DNA of 64,000 bases, taken from assembly GCA_036172245.1 (NCBI GenBank), contig JAYWIR010000083.1:124001-188000 (forward strand), in the 5' to 3' direction. Source of the stretch: Raillietiella orientalis. Taxonomy: Eukaryota. A program made the position numbers and the translations under genes. Below the pieces are notes generated by a model that ran no database searches, had not been told where the DNA came from, and saw only the letters and a program-made list of their open reading frames with translations. Shown here piece after piece: positions 26,190 to 38,549 of the stretch (positions are counted from its first letter, which is position 1; each line of letters starts with the position of its first letter).

Positions 26190-26660
26190 GCTGATTGGCC
26201 GGGATCGGAAAGTCGACCCACCAGGGTACTTCCGGGAACGAAAGAGCCGTTCGAGATCCCCTTCCGATTGTGAGAATGGGGCCGTGCCATGGAGCTGTTG
26301 GATACTTCCTGAGAGCCTAAGAAGCGCGCTGCTCTCTTCGGGAGAGTACCCTCCAGAGAAATTTGCAGGAGTCCGTTCGAGGTTCTCTTTAAAGGAGGAA
26401 AGCAGGAGCGGTTTTCTTGCGAGTTCCCCTGGAGAGGAAACAACGGAAAGTCCCTCTCCGGGGGTCCCGGGGGTCTGAGAGGATAAGTAAGAGGTTTCCT
26501 TCGACGTCCCCCCCCCAAGTGTGAAAAGAACGTACTCCTTCCCCCGGAGCACTTCCTGGATTCACAGGGTGGTCCCCCAGGGGTTACCTCGCATGGGGTG
26601 CTGAAGAGCTTCACTTGCCCCAAGACCAACGATTCTTGAGTGCTTAGCAAACCGGGGATT
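26190..26660 (+). mobile_element. Family B (SINE-like), 5'-truncated copy
   Basis: cttcctggattca at 26552, downstream aacgattcttgagtgcttagcaaacc motif; body similar to 35060-35250 (inverted). Confidence 0.65.
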
Positions 26661-27769
26661 CTTCAGGCTCCTCTTTCCCTCCGTTTTCGACCTATCCAGA
26701 ATATTCGCCTTGGCAACAGCAGCTTTCGATTTCGTCTCGTCAGGAGGGACCAAAAGAAGGCCAACGGAAACCTCGGCGCCTCCAATGATTCGGTCCGCGG
26801 CATCTGAGTGGGTCGCTCGCTGCAGCGAAAGGATTTTTTTCCCCTTCTCCTGCGCGTTTCGCGGCAGTGGCGTGCGGGGGAGTGCCCGTGACTTTAGCCT
26901 GATGACTTCCGGGATTTGCCTGCGTAAAGAGGATTCCGGTGACGCATTTGTTCCCCCGTGGTAGGAGGGGGGGAGGAGGGGGAGTGGAACACAAACGAAC
27001 AAACAGGAAGAGCACGCCTGATCTGATGTTTGTCGCTCCACTTGACCACTGCGGGCAGAAGGTTCTTTCTTTTCCCGGAAGAAGGGGATGCATTCTCGGG
27101 GAAGGGCAGCACGCAGACACAGATCCACACTTCTCGAAGAAGAGCGAGGGATAATGAGGGTAGTTTTGTCTTCCTCAGCATCCGGAACCATCCGAAATTT
27201 TTGTTTTCGCTTCTTAAAGTCCATCGAAATTGTTTTTGTTTTTTTTTTTGGCTCGAAAATTCGTGCCGCCTGCAGTGAACAGATGGCGGCTGTTTTTTTT
27301 CATGGTGGAGATTTTGTTGCAGAAGGAGCTCTCCCTGTTCGCTCCGCCCTTTCTGGTTTTCTGGTCTTCTTCCGGATGGGATCTTTCTTTCTTTTCCGCG
27401 GCTGCTGTGGTGCTATCGGCGCACCCGAGGAACATCGTCTGAGGGGCTGCGGCCGAGTCTGCCGGAAGGCACGCGAACGCGGGAATTCCCGGGAAATGCT
27501 GCCAGAAGAAAGCACGGTATTTGCTTGCTTTCAGCGGTCATATGGCCACTGCTGCTGAACTCGTTCACCCCAGTTCGCGAAGAGGTTTCCTTCGGGAACT
27601 TTCGTAGCAGCTGGCATCCTTGCTTCCCTGCGCCGTCACAGATCGAGAGGAAGACCTCCCCCCTCCGGAGCCTCGCTTTTTTTCGGAAGCGGCACCATCG
27701 GGAAGGGTCGCCTCTGAGGGTATTCGTCGTACAATACTAGAGATGCGACTGGCTCGCGTCGTTGTCAGG

Positions 27770-27813
27770 GATGACTTGATGCAGCTTCCAATTGGAAGCT
27801 GCATCAATTCATC
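27770..27813. repeat. 44-bp spacerless palindrome, one mismatched pair
   Basis: gatgacttgatgcagcttccaa|ttggaagctgcatcaattcatc. Confidence 0.97.
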
Positions 27814-28439
27814 TGCGGCTAACGCATGGAAAGGCTGTTTATAATGCTCTCCGGCTTCCGAATGGGGACTTTTCATTCAGGAAATCCTGGATGAATTCCA
27901 TCGAGACGAGACAAATGGCCTCTCCCAGTCGACAGCTGGCCGGTATTTCTTCCTGGGTGTGCAGGTCGCTCAAGTTCTCACCAAACGGCGCCTACTTTTG
28001 GAGAAACCAAGAATTTGCCTGATTGGAAGTGAGCGTGGATTAAAACCCCAAGCGGGATCAAAGAGTGCTTTTTCCCTTTCCTTTATTCCCTTTGAAGTCT
28101 CTGTGCTGGAGCAGCAGGCGCTTCCGCTCTGGCAGTTTTCGTAAGGTGTAGAGCTCCCTTTCTTAACCCACGCGTGCTGTCCGTGGTGAAGGTCAATGTC
28201 GCCACAGCTTAATCCAGACGGTTTCTCTTAAAGGATCCATCGTCCTACGCACAACCAGACCAGAGTCTCCAGGATCTGCCGCCGATGGAAGGGGTTTTGG
28301 GACGATTACCAGCTTCCACCTCTTCCACGACTCAAGAGTTTGTTAGCCCTGCCACTCTGGGGGGTTTACTCAGAACTCGCACTCAGGTTCCCTGGAGGCA
28401 CGAGGCCGGGGAACCTGATTGCGAGGGCAGATCGGTCGC

Positions 28440-28700
28440 TGCCACCGGGGGCTGCAGCGGGCGGTGGAGGGAAGTGAAAATGAATCCAGGAAGATGCCGG
28501 CCGACGCGGAAGCTGACCAGGGAGGGTCGCCCGGATTCAGGAGGACTGCCGATCCACTGCGAAGGAAGTCGCAGTCCGCGAGCAGGCACGAGGACCATTC
28601 GCCGGGCGTTTTTTTCGCGCCTCGGTTCGGGGATGCGCTCCCTTCCACCCAGTGGGGCTCGCGTCGGTAGCACGGGGAACCCAAGAGCAAGGAGAGTGTC
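28440..28700. repeat. Unclassified dispersed repeat family D (second copy ~54450-54725)
   Basis: tccgcgagcaggcacgaggaccattcgccg, cccttccacccagtgg and ggggaacc.aagagcaagga are shared. Confidence 0.85.
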
Positions 28701-28740
28701 ACCAATAAACTAGGGGAAACAATAAACCAATAATCCACGA

Positions 28741-29010
28741 ATAAACCATCCAGGAGAATGCTGGAATCTCCTAGTTCGTCCAGGATGACGACGAATGCTT
28801 TCAGTTTGCCCGGGATTTTGCTAGATATCCCTTGTTTCCGTAAATGATGATAAATGCTCCCTGCTCGTCCAGGAAGGCTCTGGGGGGTCCCTAGTTTGTT
28901 CGACAGGATGCTGAGAACTCTTAGTTCATCCACAGTGATAATGAATGCTTCTGGTTCATCCTGGAAGATGCTGGCGGTCCCTGGTTAGTTCACTGGGATG
29001 TCGAGATTTC
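28741..29010. repeat. Degenerate 30-bp tandem array (~9 units) following family D
   Basis: Units start ctagtt/tcagtt/ctggtt-like at 28771, 28801, 28831, 28861, 28891, 28921, 28951 and 28981; minus frame reads LDELG/NKLG decapeptides. Confidence 0.85.
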
Positions 29011-29639
29011 CTCGGTTCGACGGACAACCGAGGTCTGTTGCATAGGCGCCTGTTGCTGTGGAGTCCGAGTCTGTGTCTGTGGAAGGATAGGAGGGAGTTA
29101 TCGGTATCTCACAGACGACAGAAGAATTCGAAAGGTCAGGGACAGAGTCGAGAAATGGAGGAAATGCTACGAAACCAAGTCGGCAGATGCAGGGAACCGG
29201 CAACGTTGGCAAAGAAAGTGGGGTGTCCAAAAGTAAAAGCAGTGGTTTTTCGAACGGGGCTCATGCGCAGTAGCCCATGTGCAGTGAGACATTTACCTCT
29301 CACCATACACACGAAATGTGCATTTCCGAAAGAAAAAAAAAACCCAAGAGACTGTCTCTTTTGCAAACGAATGTCTCATGCACAAGACGATGAAGGCTGT
29401 CTGATAATCTCGCTGGAGGAGACATTAACATTAGCGGAATAAGCCTTGAAGAGATCCCTGAAGCTTCAATCACTGTACGGCCTTAACCACATCTCGTCCC
29501 AGAAGACCGTCTGGGAGGAATCAGAAGACAGAAACGCAGAAGGAAGCGGTTGAGTCTCCACCCCAGAAGCAGTAAACAGAAACTCTCTGGGGCAAGGCTA
29601 GAGGGACTTTGATGACAAAGGCGGAACGGAATTGGATTC

Positions 29640-29930
29640 GCCAGCAAATCAATGTTTTCAAGTGGTACACGCGTCTTTAAATCCCAGCAATCGAAGGGAT
29701 CGGAAGTTTCCATGGAAACGATGCAAAATGATCAAGGGAATTGGGAAAGACGAATTCCTACTCGCTTTTCGCTGGTTCGAAAAACACGGAACCGTTGGAT
29801 GCGCGAAGGCATTTGGACGTGCGCACAGATTTGAGAAAAAGGAAGGATGTAAGAAGAAAAGGAGGAAGGAAAGCTTCCTAAGGGAAAGGATGGGTTTGGA
29901 CTCGCAAAGCTGTTTGTTTGCTGCATTTCT
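29640..29930 (+). pseudogene. LINE post-RT remnant from a lower-GC family
   Basis: REGIW...KLPKGKDGFGLAKL resembles the L1-clade FiW...LPKxxGGLGl motif. Confidence 0.45.
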
Positions 29931-32900
29931 TGTCGACAAAGCACCAACCGCTTGTCTGGTTAGGAAATCAAAACCATCCACGAAGAGTGCACAGACTTGC
30001 CTGTCAAAGTAATCATAACTAAAGATGGTGGCTCTCAGGCAAGAGCCCATAACACCCTACCCGAGTCGGACTGATCCTGCATCGGAGTTTGCGGACGGGG
30101 ACTCGACGAACAGGGAGGTGCGAGCTCACGCGACCGTTGGTTGTGGGAACCGCCTGGAGCCGATGAGTGCGTTCTTTCAGCGTGATGCGCTCGGTATCCA
30201 ACATAAAACTGTGATAATCCCTTTTATCCCTCAAATTTATGACATCGTTTTCAAAGGGAGACGGAAGAATATCAGTGGATGGATCAGATACACATTGGAT
30301 ACACACTGAAGTGGTTTTTCCAAGAATATTCTCCTACTCTAACAGATTGCGAGTTGCAGACATGGACCGAATGCTGCCCTAGAGGAAATCAGGGAGATCA
30401 ATCACTAAAGAGCTGGTGCTACTGAAGCAAAAAGTTAAAAGAACGGCCCGGTTCCTAAATTTGGTGCATGGCCAAGAAGTTGGGTCAAAATAGGTTTCTT
30501 TCCCTTTTGAACGTTCGAAGGTACGCAGCAGCAGATCGACATGCAGCAGAAAAAATGTTTGGATTCTGTAGATCTTGATTGCTCCTGGCGTCCCATGGTC
30601 CCAGAAAGCATCATGCCTGCCCGCAGAGGGGTCTGCAAAGCGTTCGATAGCTGATTGGTTTGCTGAAATCTTCTGCCATATTTCCGAAGGGAAAGAAGAC
30701 ATAAAGGATCGACCTCCGGCTCCTTCAACACGAGATGAATTCTTAGCGGAGAGTAAACAAGTGCGATGCAACCACAGTTGCAAACGGTTGCAAACAATTA
30801 CTCCCACCGTGTAAAGATCGAGTAGAGAAACAGGCCTTCACGTGTAGGTACGAGACTGCTGTGTACAGTGATTTCGGATATGCGAAAGTGCCTCATCTCC
30901 CATCAGACAGCGGCTGAAAGAACAGCCTGTTGACTTGTTCCTGGAAGCGTCATGTTGGATCATCTAAGACAGTGAGAAAGTCTCGAAAAGACACTTAAAA
31001 ATTGCAGAGCTTCCAATGGGCATCGCATTCCAATATGAAGGAAACAGAGGACCAAGCCATCATCATTCCAAGAGCCATCAAGAAAAGTGTGTTCTTCTTT
31101 CCACTCAGAATCCAAGGCAGGAACAGTCTTACATTCGTTTTTTTTTGCACAAGCTGCTAACAAAATACCCAGCCATTTTTTCCTTGCCTCAAAATCAGAC
31201 ATATCATTGAAGTTTTTCTGTGTGTTTTTATGATCACTTGATGATCAGTATAGGGATCTTGTCACTCTGGTTGAATCCTTTCCACTCTTTAATCACTTCC
31301 TTTCTTCTAGTTCTTATAGTATTCTCGAAACATTATTACATCGGCAGACTTTAGTTCTTGAGACTGAACTTGTCTTGGGGTCAGCTGCAGGTCATGTGCA
31401 CACCAACGACACCAACAGAATTATCAAGAAATCTCTTCCCTTCTCAACTTTGTCGCTTTTACTTCTGTGCAACCATGACAACGTCACCTCTAGCGTCACC
31501 TTCGCTCCGACTTGGACAGTGCAAGATCCCAGAAGCTACGCTGACAGCAGCGCTCCGGAAAATCAATCCAAGCTGGAATTGACATCCATCAAGCATAGAT
31601 TTGATGTGCATGGCGCTTCTTATCCTGTCTGACGGTGTCAGTGAGTGCGTCTGGAAAATCCCCACTTCTTCTCAACTATGACGGCAGTTTGCCTCGCATC
31701 GCAACGCTTAGCGCAGTGGAGATTCCAGTATTCCCGGAGGAACGCATCTGCATCCTCGTAATTGCTGGCAAAGACATCCTTCTTCATTCGCTGCATTTCG
31801 TCCTCCTCGAGCCATTTTTTGTTATTTTCCAGATCTCTTTGGCTTCTCGCAATCTTCAGGGACGTTCACAGAAACCAAAGAGGAAGTAAACTGGACATTC
31901 GGGCTCGTGTGTTTGCTACAACGATAATAACAGGATGATCAGATTGACGATCATCCTCTGCGTTTATGATCAATCGGTTTCAGAAAAACGCCTTGCTGGA
32001 AGATGGATGCCCTGCACTGAAGAAACCGATCCCTCAAGAGCACTGCTGAAAAGCGCGAATCTCGCTCGGACGCTCCTCGAAATCCACATTCCCGAATGCG
32101 CACACGCTAAGCTGGAACTTCCATTTGTTCTTCCTGACCCGCCCAAGAACTGCGCGTGCACCCTGATGGGCGCATAGATGCAGCTTATCGCGAATGTTCG
32201 AAGAACTGCAGAGGTCGTCTCGTCGAGGGGAAGAAAAGCAGTCCCAAAGTCGGTTCTTTCTGGCGCCCTCTCCTGCTACCTGACCTCACCGAGCAAAGCA
32301 CTTTCAAGGCATCGAACTGAGGAAATCTTCGCACCCCATCCTTCTTTGGTCTGCAGCTCAGTCCCGCCTCAGTCCCAAGATGCTTTAACCTAAAGCAAAC
32401 AAGGAAAGACGGAAACAGCCGTTAATGGAGAGAAGCTGCATCTGTTGTTTTCAACCGCTCGTGAAAGCAAAGAGCAAAGCACTAAGCACTGCAACCACTC
32501 GTGATGGCTGCATTCAACGCACTCACACTTTTGTTCTTATTGCTGCCTCGGACCTTACCAACTCACAGTGCCATCTCTAACTTCGAGAGTTCCTGGAAAA
32601 GGGTGCAAAAAACCCATTTGAGAATCGCTGGAACGAACCGGCTGAAGTGGAGATGAAGTAGAACTTCCATTTTCACCTTTTCATGAGCCGCTGTTCATCT
32701 CTGTATAAGGTAAGGAAGCTGTGGTCGGAGTTCCACAGCACGAAACAGGGATCCAGATATCAACCTTCTAAAAGACGTATTCCTAGGGCGAGCAGACGGA
32801 GGACCTTGCTGAGCTTCCGAGGAAATGGAGGATCCTCGAAAGAGGCTCAAGCAAGAAGAATTCGCGAGGAACTGATGATGGAAAGTGGGTTTTCCATGGT

Positions 32901-32982
32901 CACATGAGTGTTGCCACATGCAGGTGCATGAAAAACCTGGTTTTCGAATCACAAACCTTTCTTACAGTTGTCTTCGAAGCCC

Positions 32983-33710
32983 GCGTCGGAAGCTTTGTGG
33001 TTAAGGCTTCCGGGCGTGGCACCATGCGTCGAGGGTTCGAATACTCCGGCAGAAACTGACGCCACTGCGTCGTTGGGTTCTGAGTTTCTCCTGCAAGATG
33101 GCGCTGGTTGGCCGAGACATTCGGGCGTGGCACCGGTGGTGGTTGAAGCCGGAGCCCCCCGATGAAGGCCGGAACAATGGAAGTCGACCTTCGGGTCCTC
33201 CCAGGAATCAAGGAGTGAGGAGTTCTCCCCACTGTCGTGCAACGGAGAGCGGACCCCCCTCACCGGGGGGACCGCCTCCGGTTTCAAGATGGAGCCCTCA
33301 CGGGCACCTCCCCATTTGTTTAAAGGAGTGGGACTCCCTCTGCTGTGGGGGGGACCCTCCGAGTCGCCGCCTCTCCAGAAGAGTGCCAGGAAGCAAACGA
33401 GAGCGATCCCCTGCAGGAAGCTGCAGCGTCCCTTCTTAATTTCGGAAGCGTTCCTTTGGGGTTCTCTTCAGAGGAGTAAACTGGAGCGGTTCCCTTGCGG
33501 GTTCCCTCCGAAGAAGATGAAATGGAGAGGACCACCCCCTTCCGGGTGCTCCCTCCGGAGAGAATGAGGAATTCCCTTCGGAGACAACCAGGGTGGGAAG
33601 TGCGATCCCTCCTGAAGGGGGGATCCCTCCCCAAGCGTGAAAGGAACGGACTCCAAGCCTTCCTGGATTCATAGGGCGGAACTTCCCTTACGGGATGCCC
33701 CTTATCTTCT
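32983..33710 (+). mobile_element. Family B SINE-like element with tRNA-like head, 3'-truncated
   Basis: A-box-like AAGCTTTGTGG (32990-33000) plus TTAAGGC; B box GGTTCGAAT (33034-33042) at tRNA spacing; aligns over ~700 bp with 47411-48220. Confidence 0.7.
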
Positions 33711-34889
33711 TCCACGAGTCGCCCAGGTGGGCACTCTTCAGTGGCTGCTCTCCGCCGTTGCAGTTCGGTCGTCTCAAGGTGCTCATGACAACTGGAGGTG
33801 GTCTTGTAGAAGGCAAGCAGAGGGAAAGAGTCTGAAGCACGGGATATGGGATGTTCCAAGCATTTATAGGACCTCGAACGGCCTTCCCGAAAAAGCTGTG
33901 TGGCGAGAGAGATTCCTCCCTTATTCATGCGGCGACTGAAAGCTGGCTCAAGCAGCATCTTCGAGTCTTAAGAAATCAGTCCGAAATATCGCCCTCCTTC
34001 TTATTCTCTGCGAGGCAAGCCGCAGTTCTCTATGGAGGTCACAGGTGCAGAGAGGCGATGCTGAGGAGGCAGGAGTGATATGGTGGTCAACTGGGCTAGA
34101 CTCTCCCGCACACCAGTTGTAACAATTCAAAAGTCTTCCTGCTTCTGGAAATGCATCTGGAACCATCCTGTATCTCGTCCAGGTATGACAAGCGCGCGCT
34201 CAGAATCGAATGACCAGTGCTGCAGCTGGCTCTAACGACAGCAGAGCCGGGAGGTGTGTCGTCAAGGCTACGAGGAGCGGTAGAGGATGGAAAAGAGACT
34301 TCACGGGGGAGAAATCGATTGCGCGACTTTGCCCTGCTTGCAGCACTATCTACCCCGCCTCCCCTTCGCACCTTCACTGGCGCAGAGACGCATCGGATCA
34401 CGGCGGAGCTGGAAGGGAAGGGGTGGCATTCCTGTGGCACGACCGGCGGAACCGAGGGAACGACGGAGCTGCCGACTGTGTGGTCCGAGAGGAGTGCTTG
34501 CGGCTGCTCTCCGAAGCTGCACCGAATAACCAAACATCCCCGACTTGGTCCACCCCTCTTCCTCCAGCTGGGCTGCGTCCTCCCTGAAATGGTCTGGCCT
34601 GTTCGCGTCATGCGAGCTCCTGCTCTCTGGCTTCCTACCGCAGGAGCTGCAGCAGCGGCTCCCGTCCTCAAAGATCCCTGCAAGCTCATGGCGGCTGCAA
34701 GTCCGAAAACCCAGCATCCGATCGCAGGGCTCGCGTGTGATGGAAGAGATCTGAATGCTTCCACTAAAGTTCGAGGGACTTTCTTTCATCGCTGCTCCAG
34801 AGTAGGGCCGAACTCTGTTCCCTTTTGGTTCAGCAGGAAGATGAGGATCCCGTATCTGAGGGAAGTCCAGACAAACTTCCTCCTCCCCT

Positions 34890-35260
34890 GATTGTCTTTT
34901 TTTGGGGGCAGGGGGTTCGCAAGGAACTAAAGAACCGTTCGCATAGGAGCACACGACGCTCTTTGACTCAGTCCGCTCCACCAAGGGATGTGTGCTGCCT
35001 CTTCTAGTTAGAAGGGAACCCAGGGAGAGGACCACCCTATGAATTCAGGAAGGGTTCTCTGAAGGGTGGCTTACCGAAGGGAGCGGCGGCGCTCTTACAC
35101 ACTGGAGAGGCAACCTTTCGAGGACGGCATCAACCAACTCCATGGTAACGGATCCATTTTCACAACTGAGGGGAACCCCGAGGAGCTCTTTTCGATTCCC
35201 GGAAGAACCCCGGGCGGTCAGTTTCCAAGCCCAGTCAATCGACGGGACTATCTGGTTTCT
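34890..35260 (-). mobile_element. Family B copy, inverted, 5'-truncated
   Basis: Minus strand reads cttcctgaattcatagggtggtcc...aacggttctttag...gcgaacc...A-rich. Confidence 0.65.
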
Positions 35261-35320
35261 GGCTTCCTCCAGGAGGCTCTCCGTCAAACAACCAGGTGCG
35301 GCACACGACACGTGCCACCC

Positions 35321-35676
35321 TTGTTGCCCTCGACGCGTGACCGACCCCACAGGACCCCCGCGCCTCCTTTTGCGGAGCTTTGGTGGAAGCCCCCCTTCCA
35401 GTCTGGAGTGGTCGAAGGGGCCGTGGATTGCTCGCACAAGTTTCGCGCGGCTCCGACGGGCTGCTGCTGCCCACGGGGCCCTTCCCAAAGTGCGAGTGCT
35501 TCCGACACTCTCGTCTTCCTATGTCTGTAGGTGCCCGCGGGGTCGCTCTTTCCGACGAAGATTCAGAGAAGGTCTCTCGGGACGACCACTCTCGCGCGGA
35601 GCGCCAAGGAGTTTGTCAGCGGTGCGGGCGCCTGCTCGCGCGTGCTCTCTCACCGTCGAGTGCTGCGGCAAGGAAG
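35321..35676. repeat. Unclassified dispersed repeat family C (second copy 55828-56160)
   Basis: ggtggaagcccccctt, gtggtcgaaggg and caagtttcgcgcggctc.gacgggctgc are shared. Confidence 0.85.
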
Positions 35677-36499
35677 AGCGAAAATGCCTCTACCTGAAGT
35701 GCGTTCCACGTGACCCGACCTCACCTCCGCCCCGACAGCCACATCCCTCATCCAGATCGTCGGGAGGGGAAAACGGAAGGTTCCGGTCTGCAGCATTCTG
35801 GGAATAGCGGGGCAGGCGGCGCTGCCTTGGAGTCCTTGAAGAGTCGGCTCACGGTGTTGCCGCGGATCTGTGGATGTAAGGAACCGTGGAGTGGAGGGGT
35901 AGGGAAGCATAGGGTGCTTTCGGAAAGCGAACCCAGGATGCTCGTCTCCTATCTCCGAGTCTGCTCTGGATCGGTCGCGGAGAGATGCGGGGCGGACCTC
36001 AGAACGGGACATGTCTGTTGGCGGGAACGCCCCCTGGCAACAGAAAGCCACGCGGAAGATTTCTGTAGAGCGCTTCCGTTTCCGGGAGGGCCTGGTTTTC
36101 GGAACGGACCCTGGGGGAACGAAGCGAAGCTGACGTGTCAGCAGCGCACGCGAGCTTTGCGGCAGGAAGAGAATCAGCAAATCACCGAGGATGCGCATCT
36201 TCGCGGAGCTGGCGAGCAGCCGTCGCGCGACCCCCGTCCGCTCCGAGGTGGGAGGAGAGTGGAGAAAATGCAACAGCCGGGAGGAACGTACGCATGACGA
36301 GGAAATCTGGAGAAATGTGGGAAGGCGTTGTGATCCTCAGAGGATTTCCAAGGAGTGTGAGATCTCCAGAAAATGCGGCCAAGACCGGCTTCAGCGCCGC
36401 CCGCTGCACCCGGGGCCCACGGCTGTGACTCTTCCACGCGCGTTCTAGAGATCGTCCTGGAGCTGCACCCGCATCTCAGGAAGCCACCTGCTCAGCCAC

Positions 36500-36900
36500 G
36501 CCCTTTGTGAGGACTGCAACGGGAGGCCCGGCTTGTACCAGGAGGTTTTCCAGGGAACGTCCTGGAGGCCAATTCGGGGGGCGTGCCGCCGCAGGACTGA
36601 CTGGAGAGGGCGCGCAAGCTCATCGGCAAGCACGAGGTGGCGGACAGGGCAGAAATGAGGTCAGCCTACCTGCTCGCTCGGCTTCTTTCCCCACAGGACT
36701 CCTTCTTCTTCCGCTTAGCAGGGTGGAGGTGGACGACGGGCAGAAGGAGCATTGACACGACATCCCGACCTACGCCCGGTGAACGATCCAGATGTTCGTG
36801 GAGCTGCCTGTGCACCCGTGCACCGAGGAACTACCTGCCAAAGACCTGATGCGGGATGGCGGTTCGCCTTTCGTGAAGGAGGGAAGCAGCCGCTTGCGCT
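36500..36900 (+). pseudogene. Possible LINE RT-thumb remnant
   Basis: DRAEMRSAYLLARLL (~GR..li.s.l.s) followed by NYLPKT*CG (~LPKxxGG). Confidence 0.4.
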
Positions 36901-38549
36901 TTGGTTCCAAACTCTGCCCAAGCGACTAGCAGGACACGCGTTCCTGGCAGCGCTCACCTTCTATCGGTGGTGAGTGTGTGAGTCGCCGGAGTTGCTACTT
37001 CTTCACTCACCTGGCATCCGTGCTTCCTTGCCAGCGCCCGTGCCTCCGCACCGCCGTCCCATTTCCCTCTTTCTTTCAGACGGGTGGCGAGCTGATACAG
37101 GCCCGCCTCTTCGACGGCTGCTCGCGCAAGGTGCAAGACGTCGCGAAGGTCCTTGATGACGTCGGGCAGAGGCTGAACGAGCAAGATGCACGCAGGAGGT
37201 GAGAGAATAGTCAGTCGCCCGGGACGTGAGGGGGGAGGGAGATGGCCGGAGGTGGCTCCCTCGGGAGGCATATGCGAGTCCTGCAGAAAACCAATTTGTC
37301 GTGAGGTGCTTCCTCAGGTTTCGCACGTAAGAATCGGACGTCAAGGTTCAGCCGCTGCCTCCCGATTACCGCACGCTGCTGGCGGACGGTGATGCGATGG
37401 GTGAGACGCTGTTCTGCGAGGCCGGTTCGCTGCTGTGGAGCCAGGAAAAATAAATGGGATGCCAGCGAGGCCTCAAGAAGTTCCTCCCGACCCTCGACAC
37501 CAGCATCGACAGCATCCAGTGGAGCGTCGTCGGGGAGTTTTCGGCGTGCTGAATGCCGTGGCGAGGTTGCTGTCAGCAATCGGCTACGGTGGAGCCGACT
37601 TCTGGAGGCGTCACGCCAACACGCGCTCCCACGCTCTCGCTTCAAGAAATCCACCAGAACACGCTGGGGCGTTCATTTTCTAAAAACAAACCAGTCGGAA
37701 ACACGCTGGTTCCCAGCCTAAGACAGAATAGGTAAAAGGGGATCCAACGACACGCAGGTCAGGATATCCAGAAGTCCGGAACGGGAAAGGATAAGAACAA
37801 CAACAAAAAAGGAAATCAGGTGGGGCAGGGATCTTTGGGTTCGCTCCGTATGCACCGGGGTCAAAACCGAATAACCAGGGGGAGTCCTAGAGCGAAAGGG
37901 AATGTATGGAAAACACAATGAATAAAAAGAGGCTGGGGCAGGGGTCACCGGTGTCTGCAGGTCCTTCACTTTCAGAATCCTACGCTGCAGGTTCTGAAAG
38001 TGAAGGAACTTTCAGAACCAGGAGCGCTGACGCCAGCCTCTTCCGCCACAGTTCCTGGAGGGCGCCTCAGTCTAAAAGCAGGTGCGCCGGAACCAACTCC
38101 GCCGACCGCACAGTTCGGGGGTGCATCCCCTACGGGAACCGGGGAAGGTGCCGGCGCTCGTTGCGGAACTCCCACTGAAGGAAGGGCAGCATGGCCTGTT
38201 TCCAGGAGGGCGGGAACGAAGAAGGATCCAGACATCGGGGAGGGACCGCGAGTTCCTCGGGGGGCCACACCCAAAAGTTGTTGCCCGCAATCGTGCAGTC
38301 CACCACGTGTGCATGGGCGCAAAGAACCTCCCTAGCCATGGCACTCACTGCTCTCCCTCTGGGAGCTCTTGCACAGTAACCAGTAAGTCAAATGGGAGGT
38401 CCTATGTGAGATCGGCGGAAGGGCGAAGGAATTAGGTGGTTGGATTTACGGGCCAGCTCGTCAGCCAGCTACGGCCCAAGTGCCGCGCCGAAAGGACTAT
38501 TGCGCTAGGGTGACCTGCTGGGAATCCTACAGGAAAACCTCGAGTGGCC

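Noticed and set aside
28741..29010. CRISPR-like array (also 54960-55150)
   Set aside because: Units are contiguous degenerate 30-mers with no invariant repeat or unique spacers; no cas genes.
32983..33064. Functional tRNA gene (also 47411-47492, 22180-22260, 21660-21730)
   Set aside because: Promoter-like boxes are present, but acceptor, anticodon and T stems do not pair properly.
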